A stretch of 64,000 nucleotides of DNA from Eledone cirrhosa (Eukaryota), in assembly GCA_964016885.1 (NCBI GenBank), contig OZ024741.1, positions 361,336,001-361,400,000 of the forward strand, given 5' to 3'. Below the pieces are notes generated by a model. That model had not been told where the DNA came from and did not search any database. It saw nothing but the letters and a program-made list of their open reading frames with translations. A program made the translations under genes and the position numbers. Of the stretch, positions 41,827 to 54,962 are shown piece after piece. Each line of letters begins with the position of its first letter. Positions within the stretch are counted from its first letter, which is position 1.

Positions 41827-41973
41827 TAGAAGTAGTAACACAACAGTTAGTTCACCATACCGAGAACAAATGTTTCACCTTATGCGGATCATCAGAGATC
41901 CGAGCTGATGATCCGCATAAGGTGAAACATTTGTTCTCGGTATGGTGAACTAATTGTTGTGAAACTACTTCTA
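41827..41973. repeat. ~147-bp inverted repeat with short spacer
   Basis: Arms tagaagtagt...tcatcag and ctgatga...actacttcta. Confidence 0.9.
41900..41940 (+). ncRNA. Minimal hammerhead motif within inverted repeat
   Basis: ccgag-CTGATGA-tccgcataaggt-GAA-acatttgt-T-ctcgg; 5-bp stem I ccgag/ctcgg. Confidence 0.7.
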
Positions 41974-42257
41974 CCAAACTCGCCACATGGACTGTGTGCT
42001 CTACTACTGCGGATATAATCTTCCAGTGTTCTACTATTATATATATATATATTCATTTATTCATTTACTTACAATACAGTTATGATAAAGAAGTTCAGTG
42101 AAAACTCACTTTGCTGAAGCACATTAGCTATGTTGTAAGAAAATGAATAAATCAACTTATATATCTACTCTATTTTAAATACTGAGTGTGTTCTCCTTTG
42201 TAGACTACTAAGACCACTAGATAAGGACCCAATATATACACATATCATATATATATA

Positions 42258-43177
42258 CTAGCAGTGGTACCCAGCATTGCACGGGATAAGGTATGTTGGA
42301 ACGAGGTCCACCAACAGACCAAATCGTGGAAAAACTGCATGGGTGGACAATATGTAAAGAAAATAAACCGAATACTCTGATGGCTGGATAATCTTTAAGA
42401 TTGTCCTCAATGAAGCAGAAAAAATGCAGGTTTTCACCTAATGCGGGCCCTAGGGGACCAAGAAAATGAATTTTTTTAATGTGCATAATATGCCTTGAAA
42501 TTTCGGGAAAATCAGCTAGACGTAACGCCTCAAAAAAGCTCTAAAAAGCTGAAAAAAATGAAGTTTTTCACCTAATGCGGGTCCTAGGCCATAAAAAGTT
42601 GGATTTTCTTTGCCCACAGTATGAAGAAGATACTGACTAATACATAGTTACAATTTCAAGGAAATCAGTCTGACGTACCGACTCAAAAACCCCTAAAGAC
42701 CTGAAAAAACGCAGTTTTTCACCTAATGCCTAGGGGAACAAAAAGTCGAATTTTTGTATGTGCATAACACTCCCTGAAATAGAAGTAATACACATATAAA
42801 GTTTGAAAAAAGTCGGTTTGGTACTTTTCGAGTTTTAGGGATTCAAACTCACAGACACACACACACAGAGACAGACATCCTCAGGGAAGTGACGTAATGC
42901 ACACAGTCAGATATACAGACAGATATTATAAGGGTGCGACGTTATATGTATGTATCTATCTAAAAAGAGAAAGACTAAGAATTATACAGAGAGATCGCTA
43001 AATCGCCTAATGCGGTCCTAGGGCATTGAAAATTTGAAATTTTCTTTGCTCAGAACACTCCTTGAAACAAGTATTACATGTGTAAAGTTTGAAAACAGTC
43101 GGTTGGGTGGTTCTCGAGTTTTAGGGATTCAAACTCACTCACACACAGACAGACATCCTCAGTTTTATATATATAGA
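42258..43177 (-). mobile_element. Non-autonomous Helitron
   Basis: Minus strand starts TCtatatatataaaa and ends with hairpin cccgtgcaatgctggg then CTAG; internal repeats of cctaatgcgg.ccctagg; (CA)/(CAGA) microsatellite. Confidence 0.7.
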
Positions 43178-46100
43178 CTAGCAGAAAACCGCCCATCGGG
43201 TGGTTTTCTGCTAGTATATATATATATATTACACACACAGAAATGTATATATATTTCTGTGTGTGTATATATATATATTACACACACAGAAATGTATATA
43301 TATTTCTGTGTGTATATATATATATTTCTGTGTGTGTATATATATATATATATTACACACACACAGAAATGTATATATATTTCTGTGTGTATATATATAT
43401 ATTTCTGTGTGTGTATATATATATATATATATTACACACACACAGAAATGTATATATGTTTCTGTAGCACTCCTCAATTCCCCCCTCTCTCCCTCCCGCT
43501 ATCCCCCTCTTGTAGTCTGTCTCTTTCTTTCACTCTCACTCTCTCTCTACGCGTGCGCAAAAAACATTCGCACGCGCGCACGTTTCCACTGTCGGACAGA
43601 CAGACAGACAGAGAAATTGGTGGTTATATATTATAAGGAGATATATATATATATATATAGATACATATATGTGTTGTTGTTGTTGTTGTTGGGAGGGGCA
43701 ACCAACTATAGAAAGCTTGCTAAGCAAAAGGTTAGGAGGAACCTCTGTAGTGCTGGTGCCACAATAAAATTCATAGAACTCAGAATCATATGTATGCTAG
43801 ATGCAAATCCCAGTCCATTTGATGGATCTGTAGCCCCACTTCAGTACAGACTCAGTCTCTGAAGACCCATCCAACCCTTGCTAGCAGGGAAAGTAGACGT
43901 TAAATGATGATGATGGACATTGTCAGTTCCAATAATGAGTATTCCAATTGTTTGATCACTGGGGCAGCCTGATTGTGAAATTAACATGCAAGTGACTGAG
44001 CATTCCACAGACAGGTTTACTTTTAACATAGTGTTCCAGGTGATTCAGCTTGACACACTGTGATACAAGGCTGGCTATTTGAATTACAAGTACAATTCAT
44101 TTTTGCCAGCTGAGAACATTACTTCTTTTGCTTCAGTCAACTTAGATAAATAGCAGTGTTAACCCTTCCATTGCCATATTTCATATAATCAAAGACACTG
44201 CCTATAATTTTCATATAATTTTGAAAATAGTGAAGAATTTGGAGAGATTTAGTAATATAACTAACTTTCTTCATATTAAGTTGGTGTTTGGAACATAGCT
44301 TAATAAAAGCTTCTTACATAAAATTATGATGAGAAATATTCAAATAACTATAAACACTTTAAAAAATAATCAAATAGATATATTCATATTATAGAACTAG
44401 GGGTGCTTTTTGGTAGTTTGGTTATCAAAAGAGTTGAGAAAAATATTAAGAAAAATACTCTACCAATTTTTATTTAAATGTTCAAATTTTCAAAAGTATT
44501 CCACTCATGCCAGCATAAAAATATATGAATATAAAGCTTTAAAAATGTAGTAGTAGTTGTTGTTTTTGTTGGAATACTAATAATTATGGTGATGAAAATA
44601 AAACTTGAGGAGTCTACCCTCACCCGGCAGTAGTAACACCACAAAAATAAGAAGATACAATGCTGCTCACAACTAAATCATGGAGGTGTACTTGGTGATG
44701 TAGTAGAAACTCACATAAGACTATGAAAGAAATAACAATAATAACAATAATTTCTTTATTGGCCACTTGGGCCCACATATAGGGGACAATACAAAAAGAC
44801 AGGGACAATAAAATCAAGTAAAAAAAGCAATTGACAAAAACAATTAAAAATAAAATTACAACAATAAAATTGCCCAATAGGGAGAACCATCCAGGCACCC
44901 CACCAATCCTTCAAGGGCACTCAGGAAAGGCATTCCTCTCCTCCTCAAATCAACCAGCCTAATAATAATAATAATGTTTCTAACTGTTATATGAGTTAGA
45001 ATTATATTAGGTTTAGTTGCAAAGCTCAAACAATAATATGAAGAATTACTCTCTCCTATGAAATGTTCCCATAGTTATCTTAGTTACCTCTGTCTTAGTT
45101 TTAAAATGTTGTGATGATACCTCTGTGGTGAATGTTGTTTTAGTAAAATCTATTCCAATATATTTTTGTCGTTGTTTTAATCTTATTTGTTAAACGTTGT
45201 TTTACAAAATTGACACTGTTCAAAACAATAGAGTTTATATGAAGCATTCGGAGATATGTGGTTATAATTGTTTGAGGAAACTGGTATCATGCAAGTTAGA
45301 AATACAGGAGTAAAAACATAAGAATATTTTTAATATAGTTGTATAAATTTGCAGAAGAATAACGTTGCAAATATGTTTTAAATATATACATAAATAACAA
45401 AACAAATGCGTAAATAACATTATAAATGACAACAAATGTGTAAATAGCACCAAAAATTGCTCGCAATTCGTTCAGAAGGACAAATATGTCTAAACCGTGT
45501 ATAATAACACAATAATATAAATTCATGAACAAAAATGATAAAGGAAAGAAAAAAGAAGGAAATGGAAAAAATGGGGAAGGGGGCAATTCACCAACAAGTG
45601 TGCCAATCTGCAACACCTCACACCTTGGGGGTTAATTGCTCACTTTCAGGCAAGCCAACATGCTCACAGCATTACCACAGGTGATGGCGAGGCAAGGTGC
45701 TGAAATAACCAGGCACCCTCATGGGCATCATCTGACACCTCAGTAAGGCAAGCTGCCAGTGAAGACAAGAACTTCACTGTCAGTGGCTCAACTCCACCGA
45801 ACATCTTGGATACCACAGAATTGAATAAATTAAGAAAAACAAAACAAAACAACAGTTTAAACTTTGACCTTATATTCCACAATATTTCAAAGTTAAGACC
45901 TCTTTTTTTAAAGAAAAGGAGTAGGGTGTTGCAGTAGAGTAATGATTGTCATCAACATCACACTCCAATTTGTTTCTTTTGAAAAAAAGAGGTCCTAATG
46001 TCGAAATATAAAATATTCTAGTTCGTTCTTGTATTTCTAATTTGCATTGTACCAGCTTTCCCCAAACAATTATAGGCAATATTCAAATTTTATATGCATT

Positions 46101-46861
46101 TAAAATTAGTATATGCTAATCAGGATTTTTTCCAGTATTCTTATAATTTCATTCATTTTATCTTTTCTTGCTCTTTATTTAACAATTTTAAAATGCTAAG
46201 ATGAAGTTTTGTCTTTCAGAATGTATAATTGTTGAATTGAAACCAAACACACAAAACATTTTATATTAATGTTGTGGGCTGTAGATTATTGAGATAGTTT
46301 CAAGATATAAATATTAGTATATAAGGATGCTGTGTTGCTAAAAATATACCAAATTTCCCTCAAACCACACCAAACCATTTATTAACTCTATCATTACGAT
46401 ATTTCTAATGAAAAGCACTGCCAATGATTTTCAGTTAATTTTGGAAATAATCAGGAATTTGGAGAAGTTTAGTAACATAACTAGCTTTCTCATTATTTAT
46501 GTAGTATTTGGAATATGACTTGACATAAAATTATGATAGGAAGGTTAATGAATATTTGGTAAATGTTTATGGAGAATGCTGACTGAATTACAAATTCTCT
46601 CAGATATTTCTTTTATAAGTTAGTCAAAGTTAAGATGAATTACAGGCTACTCAGCCAGAAAAAATCGGTAATGACATCACTGATACCAGCCTGTTTCAGC
46701 ATTTGTTGTGTCTTGGACAACATCAGTGTTGAGGAGAGAGGAGATTTGCAAGCATGGGAAAACTTCTGATTTTCTAAAAACACCTTGCCTAGGGCTGTGC
46801 CTTGGAGAGGAATTTTCCAGGACAAGCCCCTAGTTAGTCATGACCAAAGGGAGCCTATATA

Positions 46862-47089
46862 CAAGGTGTATCAAAAAGGCTATATTTCAAAAAGCTATAT
46901 TTTTTAAACAAATGGTCATATAATTGTACAATATGTAATTGTACAATGTTGTAACTTGTACAATACATGTCTGAACATAAAATTTTATTCTTTTTTATAA
47001 CTTTTATAAATTTTTTATAGAGTTATTTACACATTGAGCATTTGTAAAAATTGTAATTAGAATCGGGTGATTCTTTTTTATACACCCTG
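46862..47089. mobile_element. Tc1/mariner-type MITE
   Basis: TA-caaggtgtatcaaaaag ... ctttttttatacaccctg-TA. Confidence 0.6.
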
Positions 47090-48088
47090 TATATAGTGGG
47101 GTAGGTGGAAGGGTAGAATAAGTTTATGTGGAGGTGGTATTGTATGAAGATGGGGTTTGGTTTTGTTATTTCAAATATTGTAAGAATTTTTTATGCTGAA
47201 ATTTTGAAACTCCTCATGGACTACCAAGTGCCTCTTCCTTTTTTGTTTGATATCCATTTTTTTTTCATTTGTGTTCCTTCTTCTTTTCTCTTACTCCACA
47301 TCAATCCTTTCTTCTTTCTATGTTTTCCTTTTTGATGAAGGATTACCATCCAAAACCCCAAGACTCTTCTATTCTTTTAAGCATCAAACTTATATGCTGT
47401 TGTTCTCTGGTGGTGCTGTTTTTCTATTTTATTTTATTTGTGTGTATATATATATATATGTGTGTGTGTGTATATATATATATATGTATGTACATGTATG
47501 TATGTACATATAATCAAAACTGAAAAGTTTCGCAAATTGTTAAATTGTTACAGCAAGTTTCACATTGCCAATCTTCAGGCAGGTTATGGAGCTAGTTTGA
47601 ACTAAACAAAAGTAGAACTTGAGGAACTTTTCAGTCTCAATAAAATATTCAAACCTACTTTGATATTGAGCAATATTTTCTTCATTTTGTTAGCACTGGT
47701 GTGCCAGCATATATACACATATATATACATATATATACACACACACACAAATATATATACACACACAAATATATATACAAACACACACAAATATATATAT
47801 ATATTGTTATGCTTTGGGAGGGTCATGTTGCCAATAAGAAACACACGCACCAGTTGCTTTCACTCCAATTTATTATAAATTAAATTTATAAATTTAAGAA
47901 TTTATAAATTTCCGGTTGGTTGGTTCAACAACTGGACAGTTGTTCATATATTGTCAAAGTTGTTTCATCACACATTCTGTGACCTCTTCAGTGACTGGGG
48001 ATTCTTTTCTTTGTTTGCCTCTCCTCTGTTCTGTCCTACGCCATATATATGTACATACATATATATACATATATATATATACACACAC

Positions 48089-48125
<37 letters not shown>

Positions 48126-48769
48126 TGTACACATATATATATATATATATATATGTATATACATGTATATATATATGGAGGCACATGGCTTAGTGGTTAG
48201 AGCATTGGCCTTGCAATCGAAAGGTTGTGAGTTCAATTCTCAGACTGGGTGATGTGTTGTTTCCTTGAGCAAGACACTTTATTTCACATTGCTCCAGTTT
48301 ACTCAGCTGTAGAGATGATTGGGACTGGGGTCCCTATCATTCCACTGTAAAGTGGTCGTGGAGGTGCCACGGCAAAAAAGCACCCAGCACTCACTGTAAA
48401 TGAGGTTGGTGTTAGGAAGGGCATCCAGCTGTAGAAATCAAGCCAGAATCAGTTCCCGTCCCACCCTTGCAAGCAGGGAAAAGTGGACGTAAAATGAAAT
48501 GATGATGATGAATGATGCTATATATACATATATATATACATATATGTACATATCTATATATGCACATATATATATATATATACATATATGTACATATATA
48601 TATATGCACATATATATATATATGTATACACATATATATATATGTATACACATATATATATATATATATACACACATAAATATATAGATAAATATACACA
48701 TATACATACACGCATACACATCATGCACATACACATTTATATATATATTGTGTGTGTATATATATATAT

Positions 48770-49159
48770 ATATGAATAAAGTTAGTCCCCCCCCATCAGT
48801 GATCCTCCAACCATCACTGGCACTTCATCGCTTTAAAGACCATATACCTCCGGTTGGTGCGAGCAACGGCTAAAAAAAGTCGTTGGGACACGTAAATAAA
48901 GGGGACACAAGAGTGTAAACAAACAAAGATGGTGAAGCAACGAAAAGTTAGGAAGAAGGAGTCAAGTCCCAAATTTCTATGAATTTAAATTTGGTGAAAT
49001 CGTGAACGAGAGAGAATAAAGACCATCAAACCTGGTTGGAATGTGAGCAAGGAAGGAATTCCGTACAGGTCTAACGGGAGGAAGAAGGGATCTAGTCTGT
49101 GAATTCGGTGAAAGATACATACACGCATACACATCATGCACATACACATTTATATATAT

Positions 49160-49194
<35 letters not shown>

Positions 49195-49574
49195 GAATAA
49201 AGTTAGTCTCCCATCAGTGATCCTCCAACCATCACTGGCACTTCATTGCTTTAAAGACCATATACCTCACATTCCAACCAGGTTTGATGGTCTTTATTCT
49301 CTCTCGTTCACGATTTCACCGAATTTAAATTCATAGAAATTTGGGACTTAACTCCTTCTTCCTCACTTTTCGTTGCTTCACCATCTTTGTTTGTTTACAC
49401 TCGTGTCCCCTTTATTTACGTGTCCCAACGACTTTTTTTAGCCGTTGCTCGCACCAACCGGAGGTATATGGTCTTTAAAGCGATGAAGTGCCAGTGATGG
49501 TTGGAGGATCACTGATGAGGGACTAACTTTATTCATATGTAACCCATTAGCAACCTCGCAGCACGTTTATTCTC

Positions 49575-49575
<1 letters not shown>
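48770..49575. mobile_element. Rearranged relative of the 13.6-kb element, with inverted arms of about 275 bp and an extra partial terminal copy
   Basis: 48770-49047 is the reverse complement of ~49266-49538; terminal motif gcaccaac..gaggtatatg..gcgatgaa..atcactgatgagggact is shared with 13571. Confidence 0.7.
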
Positions 49576-49625
<50 letters not shown>

Positions 49626-52380
49626 GGAAGAGTCATTTTTAGCCATTCTGTGAAATCATAGCAATGACCAGGTCACAGAAACTTAATGAAACTTTTCGGC
49701 ACTGTATTATTAGGAAATAAATATAACAGTTTTTGGCATTCTTAACCCTTGCTACCATATTTTAAATGAAAAACACTGCCTATAATTTTTGAATAATTTT
49801 GAAAATAATCAAAGATTTAGGAAGATTTAATAGTGTAACTAACTTTCTCAGGACAAACACCAACTACCTCCTCCTCATCTCCAGTATCAATATAATAGAT
49901 TTTGCTGATGTTTCGCAAAGCCTTTTTCACAAGGTAAATATTTTAGGAAATTAAGTCAAGAAGTGAATTGCTTGTTCAAGCTAAAGTGTTTATTTGTGTT
50001 TATTTGTGTATAAAACCTAGTTCTAACATAAACTTACAATGATTTATAGAAAGTTAAGATTCTTAAAGATTAGCTATTTTGTTACCATATTTCTAAGAAA
50101 AAGAATAAAAACACTATGATTTTCAAATGAAAATAATCAAAAATTTGGAGAAGTTTGGTAATATAACTAACTTATTCTTTATTAAGCTGGTGTTTCAAAC
50201 ACAACTTTGCAAAGTTTCTTACACAAAATCATGATGGAAGGTTTTGGGATGAATATAAACACTGTAAAATAAATAACATTGTATTATAGAACCTGGGGCA
50301 GTTTTAAGCGGGTTGGTATCAAAAGCGTTAAATGGCTAAAATTAGACTCTACCACAGTGTAATTTGCTTTATATAAAGCTACATCGCAAATGAGTTGACT
50401 TTGTCAAAAAACTCTTTGACAGCTTAACCGCAATAACCAGATATTTTGCTTAAAGTAAATACATTTCATAATTGCTTTTCCAATTCATATTGATAAATTC
50501 ATATTGCTAAAACAATGTTGCTAATATTTTAAATGTAAAACATAAATTCTGCTACCTTACCACTCTTGCTTCCTGCTATATATGTATGCTCCTGTGTGTA
50601 TTAATAATGTCTTTGTTATAATTTTGTTCTAATGTTAGTAAAATATCTTATAAGTTTCAGCTACTGATTTATGACGCTCTGACGAGATATTACTTAACTT
50701 TCCATCATTGCAATCAGTTGTTGTTACACTAATATTACTTAACTTTCCATCATTGCAATCAGTTGTTGTTACACTAATGAAATTCACTTTAATCATAATC
50801 TATATAAGTTATAATATAATTTCAGTGAGATTAAGGTACTAGATTACTGTCCATGTGAGCATGAGTTCAAATCATATCTATGTTATGTTATTTAGATTCT
50901 TCTGAGTTGTACTAGTTCAGGAAGTGACTTCATCTGAGACCTCATACTGAAACTAAAGTAATTATATTGCAAAAGAGCCATTTCAGCCATCAAAAACATT
51001 ACCAGATTTCTAATAAAAGATATTGCTTATAATTTTCATATCATTCTGAAAATGATCAAGAATTTGGAGGGATTTAGTATTATAACTGACTTTCTTATAA
51101 TGTTTGAAGCATAGCTCAATATAATTATGACAATGCTTTCAGATAGATATATTCCTTTTAAAACAAACAGTTTTATTTCATAAAAGCAGGGAGGGTTTCA
51201 AGCAGTTTGTAACCAAAAGGGTTACAGTAGTGATGCACAATATAGTCCAGATGAACCATCAGTGGTCTATACCAAAGTTTTGATGGCCCACAATGAGTTT
51301 TATGTCCAACTGTGTTGCACAATACAATTCACTAATCTAACACTTCCATTTCCATATTACTATTGAAAGACATTGCCTATGATTTTCAAATTATTTTGAA
51401 AATAATTATGAATTTGGTGAGATTTATAACTAACTTTCTCATTACTCAGCAACTTGAAACTTGATATCATTATATAACATTTATCATTGTCATTATCATT
51501 ATATCATTAATGCCTGTTGTTCTTAATTGTTGATGATAATGGTTTTTATTATTGCAGCAAGTCATTAGAGCATCAAATTAGATGCCTCTGTATTTGTTCA
51601 GATTCTTCACATTTTGGGTCCAAATCCCAGAAAGGTCAACTTTTCCATTTATTCTTTCAAGGGTTGTTACCAGTCCAGCAGGGGTGGTGAATTGGTGGAA
51701 TTGTTAAAGTTTCAAATAAGATGCTTTGTTGTATCTTATCTAACTCTCTATGCATTCTGAGTTCAAGTCCCACCTCTCTCTGCTAGGAGATATGACTGAA
51801 AGACAGTGTCAACAATGGAAAGACAAAATGAAAACATGGTTTCCACAGTCAAATCTGATGATCAGCTCATTTCCTTTCATTTTTGTTGTAACTGCCTTAA
51901 ATAACAAATTAATTTTTTTTCTATCTGCTGATCAATGAGAACTCATTGAGGGAGCAAACATATCTATATTAAATTTATAAGATAGAATTTTAAATTAATT
52001 TATTATTTGAATGCTTTAAATATAATTTTTGAATATAAGTACACCAAAAATATGAATTCTTAATTCAAATGTCAATGATATTATTAACTTCATATAAATA
52101 TGCTGTAAATTGGTTAAATATCATTTCTCTCTATATATATATATATATGTGTGTTGGTGTAAGTATGTATGTGTGTGATTGATATTTCTTTTGATGGCCA
52201 TGTAATATTAATACTTCTATAAATCATACCTAATGTTAATCCTTTTTAATATCTTGTTGTCAACTGCTAAAGGTTTATGTAAATTTCAATTATTAACATC
52301 TGTATATATAGGAATAGATGTGTGCATGTGTATATGTGTATGAGTATATGTGTGTATATATATATATGTGTGTGTGTATA

Positions 52381-52446
<66 letters not shown>

Positions 52447-52504
52447 CATACACGTACAAAGTTATTTTATTTCATTATTAATACTTCCCACTTATTGTTT
52501 TCAG

Positions 52505-52563
52505 AGTTTGAATTTGAAGGTTTTGAAATTGAGGCTTGTCGAAGCATGGTTGCCATGCATGAT
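52505..52563 (+). CDS. Calpain PEF exon (EFEFEGFEIEACRSMVAMHD)
   Basis: ttttcAG acceptor; GFxxxxCRSMVAxxD motif; followed by the U12-type donor GTATCCTTT. Confidence 0.93.
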
Positions 52564-52599
52564 GTATCCTTTTAGAAGAGAAACTATGTTTTAATTATA

Positions 52600-52928
52600 C
52601 CGTGTACCCACCATATTCACTGTCCCGGTTATTCGCAGAATTTTCCTTAGAACCTAACTAATAATTGTTCATGGAAGCCACCACATATTCGCGGAATTGT
52701 AAATATCTTCCACAATTTTTTTATTGTTTTTTTTTGTGTCAATATATATTTTTTCACGCTTTTTAATGTTAAATTATTAATAACAATATACTGTATTTGC
52801 CAGCCTATATTTTATGTTATGTTATGATGTTTATAGGCATTTTTATGAACCATGTTCAATATTCGTGGTTTTTCACTCTTCGTGGGTGTTCTAGGAACGT
52901 AACCCCTGCAAATACTGAGGGACAACTG
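52600..52928. mobile_element. pogo/Tigger-like MITE inside the U12 intron
   Basis: Right end aacccctgcaaatactgagggacaactg-TA; degenerate left TIR; internal tattcgcgg subrepeats. Confidence 0.5.
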
Positions 52929-53929
52929 TATTTAGTTTCCTTTGCATATGTTCTGATTCCCTGGTCCACTGTTCTTCTGTGTCCTCTATATCTCTTTACA
53001 TCCTATAATGATTTATCAGAAAATATCTAAAAACAGGTTTATTAATTCAAATGTTTATAGTATTTTTATTAGTGGACAGATAGTTGTGAAAATTTACAAT
53101 GTTGAACAGAATAACGACTTTAATTTTTAATCTGATGCAAAGATAGTGCTGTTTTGAATTTTTCAAAAATGTCTTGCTTATGTGGTTTCATGTGGTACAG
53201 GATGTTAAGAGTTATATCAAAGAAATTTCTACATGGTCACTTAACGTGCTAGAGATAGCAGTCAAATCTCCCTTATATTATATCATTCTGTCGTTATAAA
53301 ATTATTTATTAGAAATAAGCTAACAAAAGGGTTAAATCTACTTTTCTTTCTGTTATCCACTCTGCATTGTACTTCCTAGAGCTTATATTAAACCTTCCAC
53401 ATACACTACAGTACTATCCATAACCTAGAAATAATTCTATTATAACTAGTTCCAATCATATGGAAAATATATTTAACCCTTTTGTTACCATATTACTGAA
53501 GAATATTCAGTCTGAAAATAGCATTTGTAACATAACTTAATGAAAGGTTCTTGTATAAAATTATGTTGGGAGATTTTAAATTAAATAGGAACCTTCTAAA
53601 ATTGTTGATTTTGTTTCATAGAAACAGAGGCAGTTTTAACTGGTTTGGGAACAAAATGGTTGGTCTTTCAAAGCTAAATAGATTCCAACACGATTTGAAC
53701 TCATAATATTCCGCCTCTATACACACGCACGAATGTACCTGTGTGTATATCATGACTCATTCACTATTCACTTTCCTGACATTTGTACATTATTCTATGT
53801 ACTATACGTGCACCTTTGATGAGTTGTAGTGCACCTGAGCACTGTACACAATAATTTTGTTATTATTATTATTAAATTCTCATTTGAATTTACAAAATAA
53901 ATAATACTGAGGATTGAACCAATTAATTA

Positions 53930-54475
53930 TACCACATTCCTTTACAGAAAAACCAGGACCTTACCACATTCCTTTACAGAAAAACTAAGACCTTACCACA
54001 TTCCTTTACAGAAAAACTAGGACCTTACAACATTCCTTTACAGAAAAACTAGGACCTTACCACATTCCTTTACAGAAAAACTAGGACCTTACAACATTCC
54101 TTTACAGAAAAACTAGGACCTTACCACATTCCTTTACAGAAAAACTAGGACCTTACCACATTCCTTTACAGAAAAACTAGGACCTTACAACATTCCTTTA
54201 CAGAAAAACTAGGACCTTACCACATTCCTTTACAGAAAAACTAGGACCTTACCACATTCCTTTACAGAAAAACTAGGACCTTACAACATTCCTTTACAGA
54301 AAAACTAGGACCTTACCACATTCCTTTACAGAAAAACTAGGACCTTACAACATTCCTTTACAGAAAAACTAGGATCTTACAACATTCCTTTACAGAAAAA
54401 CTAGGACCTAACTGCATTCCTTTACAGAAGAACTAGGACCTTACCACATTCCTTTACAGAAAAACTAGGGCCTTA
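53930..54475. repeat. 32-bp minisatellite, about 17 copies (ccttacMacattcctttacagaaaaactagga)
   Basis: Head-to-tail units without spacers; two main variants (acc/aca). Confidence 0.95.
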
Positions 54476-54616
54476 GGGATCTTTCTAGCAGGTGTTACTT
54501 ATTGTGTCAGTGTGTTGATAGTTCTATCCTATATGTTATGGCTCTTGTTTAAAATCTTGTTGTTTTCATGTCATTTTCTTAAATTGACCAGAATTTTACC
54601 TTAACATAAATCCCAG

Positions 54617-54685
54617 GGAGACATGTCTGGAAAATTGGGATTTGTTGAATTCAAAACTCTTTGGAAAGATCTTCGCACATGGAAG
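54617..54685 (+). CDS. Calpain PEF exon, EF2 (GDMSGKLGFVEFKTLWKDLRTWK); gene continues beyond the window
   Basis: cccAG acceptor and GTACGT donor; SGKLGFxEFKxLW motif. Confidence 0.95.
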
Positions 54686-54749
54686 GTACGTTATATGTTA
54701 TGACTATATATTATGTGACTGTATTGACACTATACTCTGATTGTTATAA

Positions 54750-54962
54750 ATTGTGTGCCAAGTAATCCCAGTGGAAGGAAGATGCAGTAGAAGAAGACTA
54801 CAAAAAACATGGGCAGAGGTGGTGAGAGCTGACCTCAGATCGCTGAAACTCACAGAGGAGATGACAAAGGACCATGACAAATGGAGAGATGCTGTACAGA
54901 GGAAAATCCATCCCACCCTTGCAAGCAGGGAAAGGCGAACATAACATGATGATGATGATGAT
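54750..54962 (+). mobile_element. RTE LINE extreme 3' end with (TGA)n tail
   Basis: VEGRCSRRRLQKTWAEVV...DHDKWR then atgatgatg. Confidence 0.75.

Larger units (their letters stand above)
52564..54616 (+). other. U12-type (minor spliceosome) GT-AG intron
   Basis: 5' splice site GTATCCTTT; branch site TTTTACCTTAAC ending 9 nt before the acceptor AG, with no polypyrimidine tract in between. Confidence 0.9.

Noticed and set aside
45600-45830. GC-richer segment after a tttcAG, possible exon
   Set aside because: Stop in the calpain frame and no recognisable product; probably a repeat relic
49852-49933. Possible calpain exon (ctcag ... aag|gtaaat)
   Set aside because: Stop codon in the required phase; 82 nt is not frame-preserving; no calpain similarity
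53930-54475. CRISPR-like array (32-bp repeats)
   Set aside because: Units are contiguous with no unique spacers, there are no cas genes, and the context is a eukaryotic intron
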